From contig CAVQEW010000007.1 of the NCBI GenBank assembly GCA_963711655.1, positions 12,990 through 76,989 of the forward strand: DNA of 64,000 bases, given 5' to 3'. Below are positions 53,428 to 63,356 of the stretch, one piece after another. The notes under the pieces were generated by a model, which did not search any database, was not told the DNA's origin, and saw only the letters and a list, made by a program, of their open reading frames with translations. A program made the position numbers and the translations under genes. The DNA comes from an uncultured Actinomycetota bacterium (GTDB taxonomy: Bacteria; Actinomycetota; UBA4738; HRBIN12). How positions within the stretch are numbered: the first letter of the stretch is position 1; each line of letters begins with the position of its first letter.

Positions 53428-53938
53428 TCAGGCGCCGAGCGCCCGTTCGAAGGCCTCCGAGGCGTCGTGGCCGAACAGGACGAACCGAACCTCCTCGACG
53501 CCCGTGTCGGCGCCCCGACGGCCGCGATCGCGACCGGCGCGGCCTCGTCGAGTGGATACCCGTAGACGCCGGTCGAGATCGCCGGGAAGGCGACCGTGCG
53601 GGCGCCGAACTCGTCGGCGACGCGCAGCGACTCCGCGTGGCAGCTGGCGAGCAGGCCCGAGGGATCGTCTTCGTTCGCGTAGACCGGACCGACGGTGTGG
53701 ATCACCCAACGAGCGGGGAGGTCGCCGCCCGTCGTCGCCACCGCTTGGCCGGTGGGGAGACCGTCCGGCCAATCGGTCGCGCGGATCTTCTTGCACTCCT
53801 CGAGGATCGCGGGGCCGCCGCGCGCATGGATCGCGCCGTCGACGCCGCCGCCACCGAGCAACGTCGAGTTCGCCGCGTTCACGATCGCGTCGACGTGCTG
53901 CGTCGTGATGTCGCCCTCGACCAGAACGATCCAGGCAT
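53428..53938 (-). pseudogene. Macro-domain protein (O-acetyl-ADP-ribose deacetylase, YmdB-like), 2 frame changes (about 53932 and 53510)
   Basis: IVLVEGDITTQHVDAIVNAANSTLLGGGGVDGAIH, WVIHTVGPVY, AFPAISTGVYGYP and VRFVLFGHDASEAFERAL. ATG 53938 is two nt out of register with the main frame. Confidence 0.8.
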
Positions 53939-53955
53939 GCGTCTATCGTAGGTCG

Positions 53956-54894
53956 ATGATCGTCTGCCTCGCCGCGAACCCGTCCGTCGATCGCCTCTTC
54001 GAGGTCGAGCGATTGGTGAAGGGCGACATCCACCGGCCGTCGGGCTTCGTGCAGGTCGCGGGCGGGAAGGGGTTGAACGTCGCGCGGGCGGCGCGCTCGC
54101 TCGGCGCCGACGTATGCGCCGTCGCGCTGCTCCGCGGACACAACGGGCGGTGGCTGCAGGAAGCGCTCGCCGCCGAAGGCGTGGAGGGCGAGTTCGTCTG
54201 GACCCACGGGGAGAACCGCTCGTCCCTGTCGGTCGCCGACCGGGAGACCGCCGGGCTCACGGAGTTCTACGAGCACGGGGCCGTCGCGCCGGATGCCGCC
54301 TGGGTGGAGCTGACCCACGCCACGGCATCCCGATGGGCGGCGGGGAGCTGGCTCACGATCTCGGGCTCGATGCCTCGCGGCGCGCCGGACGAGGGGTACC
54401 GAGATCTGATCGAGGAGGCGCGGCGGGCGGGCGTGCGCGTCGCGCTGGACTCCGAGGGCGAGCGGCTGCGCGTCGCCCTCACGGCACAGCCGGAGGTCGT
54501 CAAGCTGAACGTCGCGGAGGCGGGTCAGCTGCTGGGCGTGCCCACCGCGCGCCGGGACGACTCCCTCGCGGCCGCGTCCAAGATCCGCGCGATGGCCGGC
54601 GGCGAGGGCCATGCGGGCATCGTGACCCGGGGTGCCGAAGGCGTGATGCTCGCGGCGCCGGACGGGACCCTGTACGAAGGGGTCCTCTACGTCCGTGGCC
54701 GGTATCCGGTCGGCAGCGGCGACTCGTTCCTCGCCGGCCTGGTGACGGCGCTCGAGCGGGGGAGCGACTGGGACGACGCGCTCCGCCTCGCGCTCGGGGC
54801 GGGCGCGGCCAACGCCGAGCTCGCCGGCGCCGCGAGGTTGGACCCCTCCCGCGCCGAGGAGCTCGCCGCACAGGCCGACGTGCACCTGCTCTAA
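53956..54894 (+). CDS. PfkB-family sugar-phosphate kinase (1-phosphofructokinase / tagatose-6-phosphate kinase-like)
   Basis: Intact 312 aa from ATG 53956. NPSVDR, GGKGLNVARA, VKLNVAEA and the anion-hole motif GSGDSFLAG. Confidence 0.85.
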   Translation: MIVCLAANPSVDRLFEVERLVKGDIHRPSGFVQVAGGKGLNVARAARSLGADVCAVALLRGHNGRWLQEALAAEGVEGEFVWTHGENRSSLSVADRETAGLTEFYEHGAVAPDAAWVELTHATASRWAAGSWLTISGSMPRGAPDEGYRDLIEEARRAGVRVALDSEGERLRVALTAQPEVVKLNVAEAGQLLGVPTARRDDSLAAASKIRAMAGGEGHAGIVTRGAEGVMLAAPDGTLYEGVLYVRGRYPVGSGDSFLAGLVTALERGSDWDDALRLALGAGAANAELAGAARLDPSRAEELAAQADVHLL

Positions 54895-54903
54895 GGCATC
54901 GCG

Positions 54904-55404
54904 ATGACGAGCGTGGAGCGGCTCGGCGAGGACGACTGGGTCGCCTTCCGCGAGATCCGGTTGCGATCGCTCCTGGACAGTCCGGATGCGTTCGGCTCGA
55001 CGTACGGCGAGGAGTCGTCGCAGGTCGAGCATGCGTGGCGAGACTGGGCCGCGGGACGGTGGCGGGGCGGTGACGCCGCCGTGTTCGCGGCCCGGGCAGA
55101 GGACGAGATCGTCGTGGGCACCGCCACCGGCGCGGAGTACGAGGCCGAGCCCGGCGTGGCGTACGTCTACGCGATGTGGGTCGCGCCCGACGCCCGCGGA
55201 GCGGGCGTCGGGCGCGCGCTGGTCGAAGCGGTCGCCGAGTGGGCGCGCGGCCGTGGGTGCGATCGCCTCGTCCTGAACGTCACCGAGACGAACGAGGCCG
55301 CACGCCGCTTCTACGCGGCGTGCGGGTTCGCCGAAACCGGCGTTCGCGAGCCGCTCCGCGAGGGGTCCGAGCAGAACGTGCTGGTCCTCTCGAAGCCCCT
55401 CTGA
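54904..55404 (+). CDS. GNAT-family N-acetyltransferase
   Basis: Intact 166 aa. Acetyl-CoA motif A: VAPDARGAGVGRALVEAVAEWARGRG..RLVLNV..NEAARRFYAACGF. Confidence 0.85.
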   Translation: MTSVERLGEDDWVAFREIRLRSLLDSPDAFGSTYGEESSQVEHAWRDWAAGRWRGGDAAVFAARAEDEIVVGTATGAEYEAEPGVAYVYAMWVAPDARGAGVGRALVEAVAEWARGRGCDRLVLNVTETNEAARRFYAACGFAETGVREPLREGSEQNVLVLSKPL

Positions 55405-55452
55405 GAGGTGAGAGGCGCGGTCGCCGACAAGGGGGACCGCGCCTCCTCGCCG

Positions 55453-55830
55453 TCAGGCGCTCGCCGCCTCGAGGTTCCGCATGACGACCTCGATCGTCTT
55501 CGTCAGCTCCGTCGTCGGGCTGAACTCGACGATCTCGGTCCCCGCGGTGAACACCGGCAGGTGTCCGGGCCCCACGTAGTACGCCTCCCCTTCGCCGATC
55601 TCGGTGCGAGAGCCGTCGGCCTCGTCGTAGATCAGGGTCCCCTTGAGCACCACGCCCCAGTGGGGGCACTGGCAACGGTCGTCGGGGAGACCGCGGAACA
55701 GCTCGGCGGGGTCGCCGTCCTGGTCGTACCGCTCGAAGCCGATCGTGTAGCCGTCGACTTCCGCGTAGTCGCCCCGGAAGCCCTCCATCTCCTGGTGCTC
55801 CGTCGTCGAGCCCCGCGACACCTTGCCCAT
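55453..55830 (-). CDS. Cupin-domain protein
   Basis: 125 aa from ATG 55830, with GGAGGTGG upstream. HWGVVLKGTL...GEAYYVGPGHLPVFTAGTEIVEF is a single cupin barrel. Confidence 0.7.
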   Translation of the reverse strand: MGKVSRGSTTEHQEMEGFRGDYAEVDGYTIGFERYDQDGDPAELFRGLPDDRCQCPHWGVVLKGTLIYDEADGSRTEIGEGEAYYVGPGHLPVFTAGTEIVEFSPTTELTKTIEVVMRNLEAASA

Positions 55831-55868
55831 CGAGACCACCTCCTGCGTCCTGATCGGCGGGATGCCGA

Positions 55869-57638
55869 TCACCACGAACGAAGGTAGGTGGGCTGCCTCA
55901 CCCGCACATCGGTGCCAACACGCAATCGAACACGTAGATGTGAGGTGAGACCGAGGCGATGCGCATGCTCCGCGGCGATCACCCGGGCTGTCTTCCCGGA
56001 GACGCCGAGCTTCGCGTAGATGTTCGAGACGTGGCGCTCCACGGTGCGGATGGACAGGAAGAGCGCCGTCGAGATCTCCTCGTTGGAAGCTCCGGACGCG
56101 ACGAGGCCGAGGATCTTGCGCTCCCGCCGAGAGAGCCCGGCATGGTCTCGCGGGGCCACCGGCGGCCCGGCGTGGATCAGGGCCGCTGCTCGTGCCGCGT
56201 TCTCGGTCGCCCCGAGCCGTGCGAACGTTCGCTCGGCGGCCTCCGCTTCCGCTTCCGCCTGAGCTCCGTCGCCCAGGCCCGCGAGGATCGATGCGAGCGC
56301 TGCTCGGGCCTCCGCTTCCTCGAACGGCGTGCCGGCGCGGAGGAAGAGATCCACCGCGTCTTCGAGTGCGGCCTTGGCATGTTCCGCGTCGCCGCGCGTG
56401 CGGGAGACGGTGCCCTCGGCGAAGCTCGCCGACCCTCGCAGCGGGAGTGTGCCGACCGAGGTCGCTGCTTCCCGAAGCTCCCTGAGAGCCTCGTTCGTCC
56501 TGTCGTCGATCGTTCCCGACGCCACCGCGGCTCTCACCTCGAGCTCGAGGCCGGGCACGCGCAGAGCGTGATCCTCGGGGTCGACCGCCCGGAGATATCG
56601 CTTGGCGAGCTTGGAGGCCACGGCCGGAGCGCCGCGATCGAGGGCGAGCCCTCCCCGGAGGAGCAGCACCCGGGGATACGCCTGGGCACGATGAGCGTGG
56701 GAATCGGCTTGGCTGCTGAGCGACTCCGCCTCGTCGGTGCGCCCTTGCCGTCGGCGGAGCTCGCCGAGCCGGACGAGAGCGTCGGCGGCCATCCCCGGGC
56801 GTTCGGCTCCGAGAGATGCCGCCGCCGACTCGAGCTCCACTTCGGCTTCGTCCGACGTGCCGCGGGAGAACAGGACGCTCGCGTACTGGGTGCGGCAGGA
56901 TGCGACCATCGAGTCGATCGACCACCGCATGCACATGTCCGTCATCGCCCGGCACCAGGTGTCCGCTCGCTCGAAGTCACGCGTGCGATCGCACGCGGCG
57001 ACGACGTAGCAGAGGATGAGTGAGCCGAGGAGCGGATCTTCGACCTCGCCCGACATCAGTGACGCGCAGGCCTCGTCCAGGAGCGCCGTGCCGGTGTCGA
57101 CCTGTCCCATGGACGAGTGAGCGAGTCCTTGCAGGGCGATCGCCGTCATCTCCATGTCGATGTCGCCGAGGCTGCGCGCGATATCGGCGGCCTGTTCCGC
57201 GCAGGCGAGCGCGTGCGCCGGTCGCTGCTCCCGGAAGATCGCGAGGTGGCCGTCGAACCCGTACACGAACGCCAGCTCGCGGCTCGGCTCGGCCCCCTCG
57301 AGCCAGCGGAGAGCCCGGCCGATCCACCCCCTGGCCACGGGGATGTCACCCGTGAAGTCGTAGCTCGCATTCGCGATCAAGATCGCGATACGGGCCGAGC
57401 CGAGGTCGTCCCCGAGCTCCCGGTACCGCCGGTACGCACGTTCGCCTGCGTCGAAGGTGCTGTCGCGATGCCCGCTGAAGAACGCTGCCTCGCCCCAGGC
57501 CTCCAGGATCTCCGGATCCTCCGGTGCGAGCGCGGCGGCGCGCTCGGCAGCGAGTCGCGCCTCCTCCCAACGGGTCCCGGCCATCGCGGCACGGCTCTCG
57601 CGCAGAAGGTCCTGCGCCTCGTCGATGTGGGTCGCCAT
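55869..57638 (-). CDS. LuxR-family transcriptional regulator with a long TPR-like helical N-terminal domain
   Basis: Intact 590 aa from ATG 57638. C-terminal HTH LSRRERKILGLVASGASNEEISTALFLSIRTVERHVSNIYAKLGV. No Walker A motif seen. Confidence 0.85.
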   Translation of the reverse strand: MATHIDEAQDLLRESRAAMAGTRWEEARLAAERAAALAPEDPEILEAWGEAAFFSGHRDSTFDAGERAYRRYRELGDDLGSARIAILIANASYDFTGDIPVARGWIGRALRWLEGAEPSRELAFVYGFDGHLAIFREQRPAHALACAEQAADIARSLGDIDMEMTAIALQGLAHSSMGQVDTGTALLDEACASLMSGEVEDPLLGSLILCYVVAACDRTRDFERADTWCRAMTDMCMRWSIDSMVASCRTQYASVLFSRGTSDEAEVELESAAASLGAERPGMAADALVRLGELRRRQGRTDEAESLSSQADSHAHRAQAYPRVLLLRGGLALDRGAPAVASKLAKRYLRAVDPEDHALRVPGLELEVRAAVASGTIDDRTNEALRELREAATSVGTLPLRGSASFAEGTVSRTRGDAEHAKAALEDAVDLFLRAGTPFEEAEARAALASILAGLGDGAQAEAEAEAAERTFARLGATENAARAAALIHAGPPVAPRDHAGLSRRERKILGLVASGASNEEISTALFLSIRTVERHVSNIYAKLGVSGKTARVIAAEHAHRLGLTSHLRVRLRVGTDVRVRQPTYLRSW

Positions 57639-57696
57639 GGGTGCATCGTCACGGGACGAGGCCGTCGCGTCCAGACCCCTGGCTACACTCCGCCGG

Positions 57697-58922
57697 ATGA
57701 GGAGACCGACGGCGGCGAACATCTCGCCCGCGGCCGCCGTCCTCGGGATGTTCCTCGCGTTCGGCCTGATCGTCGCGTCGTTCTTCCCGTTCCTCTCCAT
57801 CTACTTCGCCGGACGTGGCTTCACCCCGAGCGAGATCGGCTTCCTCCTCGGGGCGATGGCGGCGGTGCGGATCGTCGCGATGCCGGTCTGGGGACACGTC
57901 GCCGACACGCGGATCGGGCGCCGGCGGGCGCTGCAGCTCGGGCTCGTGGGGATGGTCGTGTTCGCGATCGTCGCGTCGGTGCTCGACTCCCTCGTCGGAG
58001 TCGCCTTCGGGGCCGTCGGGATCGCGCTTGGCGATGGCGGCGTCGGGGCCGAACATCGACGCCCTGGCGCTCGTGCAGCTCGGCGAAGAGCGGATGGCGG
58101 ACTACGGCCGCATCCGTGGATGGGAGAGCCTCTCGTACGCGGCCGGGTGCCTCGCGTTCGGTTGGCTGCTCGACCTCAACGGCGTGTCGCTCGCCCTCCC
58201 GCTGTACGCGGCCGCGGGCGCGGTGATGCTCGTCTGGACCACGATCGCCGTGCGTCCGGACCGCCCGAAGGAGACCGTGAAGCACGGGCGGCATGGGCGC
58301 GGTCGGCGCGGTCTTCCGCACGGCGCCACGGATGTGGGGCTTCCTCGTCGCGACGCTGCTGGTCTGGACCGGTTTCAACGGCGCGTGGAACTTCGTGGGC
58401 TTGAAGATCGAGGAGCCGATGCTGATCGGCGTGGGCACCGCGTTGGGTGGATTGACGGAGGTCGGCGTCATGCGCCTGTCCTCGCGCCTGCATCGGCGGC
58501 TCGGTCTCCGCAAGGTGTACGCCCTCGGATGCGTGGTCTACGCGTTCGGGTTCCTGCTCTGGGGCCTCGTCGAGAACCGCACGATCGTGTCGCTGCTCGC
58601 CGTGTTCGAGGGCGCCGGCTTCTCGCTGCTGTTCACGACGTCGATCCTCGTCGTCGGGAAGCTGCTTCCCTCGTCGCTGTACTCGACCGGGAACTCGATC
58701 GGCGCGATGGTGGGGTTCGGGATCAGCCCGATCATCGGGGCGGGGCTCGGCGGCGTGGTCTACGGACGGCTCGGATCCACGACGCTCTTCGTGAGCTCTT
58801 CGGTCATCGCGCTGCTCGCCGGCGTCGCCGCGATGATCGCGCTGCGCACGCCGTTGCTGGACCGGCCGCTCGAGGAGTCGCTCCCGCCCGAGGACGTTGC
58901 GCCGGAGCCCGGACGGCTGTGA
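57697..58922 (+). pseudogene. MFS transporter, 2 frame changes (about 58025 and 58290)
   Basis: Twelve-helix layout spread over ORFs 57457..58404, 57815..59365 and 58293..58922 (FFPFLSIYFAGRGFTPSEIGFLLG, VWGHVADTRIGRRRAL). Divergent from the LuxR gene with a 58-nt spacer. Confidence 0.75.
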
Positions 58923-59015
58923 CGCCTGACGGCGGGCCTGACCTGCGCGCTTTGCAGCGAGGTGCTCCACCGTGGCACGATGGGTGTTCCGGACCCCACC
59001 GGGAGGTGGCACCTG

Positions 59016-59354
59016 ATGCCAGAGAACGAGAAAGAGACCAAGAACGGCAACAAGAACGGATCCGAGGAGCAGCCGATCGCCGGCCTGGTCGACAAGGCCA
59101 AGGAGGTCGCGGAGACCGTCGTCGAGAAGGCCGGCCCCGCGATGGAGAAGGCCAAGGAGGTCGCCGGTACGGTCGTCGAGAAGGCCGGCCCCGCGATGGA
59201 GAAGGCCAAGGAGGTCGCCGGCACGGTCGTCGAGAAGGCCGGCCCCGCGATGGAGAAGGCGAAGGAGTCCGCCACCGAGCTCGTCGACAAGGCGAAGGAA
59301 TTCCTCGCGAACAAGGACGAGGGCACGGCGAACAGGGACGAGGACAAGAAATGA
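59016..59354 (+). CDS. Small hydrophilic repeat protein (three exact-length 18-aa units), LEA/general-stress-like
   Basis: GGGAGGTGG precedes ATG 59016. KAKEVA(E/G)TVVEKAGPAME occurs 3 times, followed by KAKESATELVDKAKEF. No hydrophobic core. Confidence 0.6.
   Translation: MPENEKETKNGNKNGSEEQPIAGLVDKAKEVAETVVEKAGPAMEKAKEVAGTVVEKAGPAMEKAKEVAGTVVEKAGPAMEKAKESATELVDKAKEFLANKDEGTANRDEDKK
59094..59255 (+). repeat. 3 x 54-bp perfect-phase tandem repeat inside the coding sequence
   Basis: Units at 59094-59147, 59148-59201 and 59202-59255. Units 2 and 3 differ only at one synonymous position; unit 1 differs at GCG GAG vs GCC GG(T/C). A degenerate fourth unit follows. Confidence 0.95.
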
Positions 59355-59365
59355 GGGGGGTCTAG

Positions 59366-59599
59366 ATGGTCAGCGCGTACATCCTCATCCAGACCGAGGT
59401 CGGGAAGGCGGCGCAGGTGACGCAGCAGGTCCGTGGCATCGACGGCGTCGTCGCCGTCGACCCGGTGACCGGGCCCTACGACGTGGTCGCGCGAGCGGAG
59501 GCCGACGACCTCGACGGGCTGGCCAAAGGAACCGTGATGCCGATGCAGGAGCTCGACGGCATCACCCGCACGCTCACCTGTCCGGTCATCCAGTTGTGA
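59366..59599 (+). CDS. Stand-alone Lrp/AsnC ligand-binding (RAM) domain protein
   Basis: Intact 77 aa. AYILIQTEVGKAAQVTQQVRGIDGVVAVDPVTGPYDVVARAEADDLDGL. Confidence 0.75.
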   Translation: MVSAYILIQTEVGKAAQVTQQVRGIDGVVAVDPVTGPYDVVARAEADDLDGLAKGTVMPMQELDGITRTLTCPVIQL

Positions 59600-59624
59600 C
59601 CCGCCGGCGGACGCCGGCTACCCG

Positions 59625-60335
59625 ATGACCGTCAAGATCCGGCGCGACGCCGAGATCTCCGACGTGGACGGCGGCTGGTTCCGGGCGCGCTGGCACTTCT
59701 CGTTCGACACGTACCACGACCCGGAGTACCTGCAGTTCGGCACGCTCCGCGTCTTCAACGACGACCGGTTGGTGCCCGGCGCGATCTGGCCGATGCACCC
59801 GCACAAGGACATCGAGGGCCTCACGTACGTCGTCGAGGGCTCCTTCCGTCACGAGGACGACGTGGGCGGCGCGCCGGGCCCGCTGCCGGCCGGGTCCGTC
59901 CAGCGGATGACGCTCGGCCGCGGGGCATGGCATTCGGAGCAGAACGCGAGCGAGACGGAGCCGATGCGCTTCATCCAGATGTGGATCATGCCGGCCGAGC
60001 GAGGTCTCGAGCCGGGCGTGGAGCAGAAGGTGTTCACCGAGGAGGATCGGACCGACCGGCTCCTGAAGGTGATCAGCGGCGACGACGGCGACGCGGTCCT
60101 CGTCCACCAGGACGCGCACGTCTTCGTCTCGCGGCTCTCGAACCAGGGCGTCGAGGTGACGCACGAGCTCGGTGACGGGCGCGGCGTGTACCTCTATCTG
60201 ATCGACGGGGACGCCGACGTCGCCGGCGAGCGCATGACGACCGGCGACGCCGCGGAGATCTGGGATGAGCCGTCGATCGCGATCCGCGCGAACGCAGCGA
60301 CGGAGCTGATCTTCGTCGACGTCGCGCTGTCCTGA
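59625..60335 (+). CDS. Pirin-family protein (YhhW-like bicupin)
   Basis: Intact 236 aa. GWFRARWHFSF, PMHPHKDIEGLTYVVEG (metal His), AGSVQRMTLGRGAWHSE and FIQMWI. Confidence 0.9.
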   Translation: MTVKIRRDAEISDVDGGWFRARWHFSFDTYHDPEYLQFGTLRVFNDDRLVPGAIWPMHPHKDIEGLTYVVEGSFRHEDDVGGAPGPLPAGSVQRMTLGRGAWHSEQNASETEPMRFIQMWIMPAERGLEPGVEQKVFTEEDRTDRLLKVISGDDGDAVLVHQDAHVFVSRLSNQGVEVTHELGDGRGVYLYLIDGDADVAGERMTTGDAAEIWDEPSIAIRANAATELIFVDVALS

Positions 60336-60352
60336 GCCTTGCTTCGCCCCTG

Positions 60353-62089
60353 ATGCCCGGGTACGGTGCGCCGATGCGCATCCACGCAACCTCTCTGCTC
60401 GTCACGTCCGCTCTCGTCGCTCCGCTCATCGTCGCGGGCCCCACGCTCGCGTCGCCGGTCCCGCGGGGAAACGACGCCCCCACGGAGTCGTCTCGCGTCG
60501 CGGAACGCCGCACGGGGCTCCCGGCCCTGGTTGCTCCACGGATCCCGGACGAGCTGAGCCGGGCACTCTCGCAGGGCCGGATCTCGGCGGCGAGGTATGC
60601 GCTCGAACGCGCGAGATCCCTGTTCGACCTGGCGGAGGTTCGTGCACGCTTCGGCCGGGTGACGCGCCGGATCCGCGGGCCGCCACATTGCTGCTGCGAG
60701 ATCTGGCCATCCGTGTGGGCCAGCTCTCGGGACGGTCGCGCGCGATCGCCGATCGACTGCTCGCCCGACCGACCGATGGTGCTGGCGACCCGTTCGGTGA
60801 TGGAGTACGAGGTGTCGGAGGAGCCGCCCGAGTGCTCCGCGGACGTCTGCGTCCACTACGTGGCCACGACGGCCGACGCCCCGGACCCGCTGGATGAAGA
60901 CTTCAGCGGCGTGCCCGACTACGTCGAGACCGTCTCGAGCGTGCTCGACGAGGTCTGGGCGGAGGAGGTCGACGGTCTCGGCTACCGCCAGCCCAAGTCG
61001 GACGCCTCGTCGACCAACGACGGAGGGAGCGCGCTCCTGGACGTCTACCTGGTGGACATCGGGTGTCGATGGGTGTACGGGTACTGTGCCAGCGACGACC
61101 CGAACCTCGATCCTCCTACGCCTACTGGAACATGTCGGCGTACTGCGTCCTCGACGACGACTACGAGTTCTCGCAGTTCGGGTACCCGGACCCGATGGAC
61201 CCACTCAAGGTGACCGCCGCCCATGAGTTCTTCCACGCCGTCCAGTTCGCGTACGACATCGGCGAGGACGGATGGTTCATGGAGAGCACGGCGACCTGGA
61301 TGGAGGAGCACGTCTACGATCAGATCAACGACAACCGTCAGTACCTCACCACCAGCCCGTTGGCGCAGCCCTTGATCCCACTCGACCAGACGAGCGGCTT
61401 CCGTGTATACGGGGCCTGGATCTTCTGGCAGTTCCTCACCGAGTACTTCGGAGGCGCGGCGCCCGACCCGAACATCGTCCGCGCGGTGTGGAGGAAAGCC
61501 GACGGCAGCCCCGCGGGTCAGAACATGTATTCGACGCAGGCGCTGGCATCCGCCGTGGGGGCTCGGACCCTCGACGGGACGCGCTGGCGTCTCCGATGGG
61601 CCTTCGCGGATTTCGGGGTCTGGAACGCTCGCCCGGCGAAGTTCTACGACGAAGGGGGTGCGTACGCGACGGCGACCGTGTCCCGGACGGTGACACTCAC
61701 CCAGGCCTCACCGTCGACGCACTCGACGGCCCAGCTCGATCACCTCACGAATCGCTTCGTGGTGGTTCGCAGGGGCGCGGGCCTGCATGCGAACGCCAGG
61801 CTGCGGGTCACCTTCGACGGTCCCTCGTTCGGGACCGGCCCGGAGGCGAGGGTGCTCGTGATCCGGAAGTCGGGCGCCGCCAGCTACCGGGTCGTCGGAC
61901 TGAACAGCGCCGGCGTCGGCGGAGTCACCGTCCCCTTCGATAGCACCGTGTCGAGGGTCGTCGTCATCACGACGAACGCGAGCACCCGCTACCGCGATTG
62001 CTACCAGGGAGCCACGCTCGTTCGCCTGCTTCGGAGGCGTGCCACTCGACCAGAACGCGACTTACGCGTTCCTGGCAGCGGTCGTCTGA
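60353..62089 (+). pseudogene. Secreted zinc metalloprotease (HExxH: HEFFHAVQ), 2-3 frame changes
   Basis: Signal MRIHATSLLVTSALVAPLIVAGPTLA. The catalytic region TAAHEFFHAVQFAYDIGEDGWFMESTATWMEE is in ORF 61063..62142. The C-terminal ..ACFGGVPLDQNATYAFLAAVV with stop at 62087-89 is in a third frame. From memory it resembles the MXAN_6640-type putative protease family. Confidence 0.7.
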
Positions 62090-62093
62090 CGCG

Positions 62094-63303
62094 CTACTCG
62101 TCGGTCGCGGTCACCGGGAAGGGGAGCGCGATCGGGTCGTAGGACGGCGACCGACCTTCCTCGTCGAAGCGATCCATGCCCCAGCCGGTGGCGTCGGTGA
62201 CCTCGGTCGTGCCTTCGAGGGCGAGGTCCGCGCCGATCCTCGCGACGCCCGGGCCCCACATCATCCCGTGCCCGACGGCGGTGGCGACCGTGACGCCGGG
62301 GATCGCGTCGCCGGCTCGCGCGGAGACCGGGCCCACGATCGGGAGGTGGTCCGGGCAGTACTCGATCGTGGCCGCCCACGCCTTGCGGATCCCCAGGTCT
62401 TTCGCGACGGGCACGTAGCGGTGCATCCGCGCCTCCATCTCGTGCAGGTAGGGCCAGTCGACCTCCCGCGCCTTGCCAGGAGCCTCGTCCGGGTTCGACA
62501 TGCCGAACAGGAGCCCGCCTTCTTCGAGACGCCAGTACAGGCCGATCGCGTTCTCGAAGACCATCGGCTGCCGTTCGACGTCGAACGCCTCGTGCGGTTC
62601 GGTGACGGCCACCTGATGACGGACGGCGCCGACGAAGAATCGGGCGTCCACGAGCGCGCCGACCTCGCGGAGCTTCGGGCCACCGGTGAGGAGTAGCGCG
62701 CTCGGTTGCGATCGTCCCCTCGGGGGTCTCGACGCCGGTCAGCCTGCCGTCGGCGTCCGTCCGGATGCCGAGGAACGGCATCCGCTCTCGGAGGTCGATA
62801 CCGGCCCGTTGCATCGCGAGCGAGTACGCGCGGACGTTCCGCGGCGGATCGACGTACCCATCGCCCGGCGCGTAGGTTCCGCCGCGGAACGTCGCCGGGT
62901 CGAGCGTCGGGTTCAACCGGGCGGCCTCCGCGGCGTCCACGTACACGACGTCCGTGAGCCCGGCCGCGCGCTGCATCTCCACCCGTGTCTTCGCCTCGCG
63001 CTCCTGCTCCTCGTCCGTCGCGAGGATCAGGTAGCCCATCTCGCGGAAGCCGCTGTCGGTCCCGTAGCGGTCGCGCTGCGACCGGTAGAAGTCGATCGAC
63101 CACATCCCCAGCGCCACGGTCTCCGGCGTCCCGCCCTGCGCCCGGACGATGCCGGCTGCGCGCGAGGACGCGCCCTGGCCCGCCTCGCCTTTCTCGAGAA
63201 CCACGACGCGTCCCGCGCCGTGCTCCTTCGCGAAGACCGACGCCCACCCGCCGATCGTGCCCGCGCCGACGACCACGAGGTCGGCGGTGTCTCGGTTCGG
63301 CAT
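62094..63303 (-). pseudogene. FAD-dependent oxidoreductase (sarcosine oxidase beta / D-amino-acid oxidase family), one frame change near 62690
   Basis: DLVVVGAGTIGGWASVFAK dinucleotide fold, and GHGMMWGPGVARIGADL near the C-terminus. ORFs 62062..63303 and 62094..62651. Confidence 0.8.
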
Positions 63304-63356
63304 CGGGTCCCTCCGCTCGAAGAGGCCGAAGTCTAGCCATGCGTACAGTGGTTCCG

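Noticed and set aside
59094-59255. Regularly spaced 54-bp repeats considered as a possible CRISPR array
   Set aside because: The units are contiguous with no spacers. They are in frame within a coding sequence and encode an 18-aa peptide repeat.
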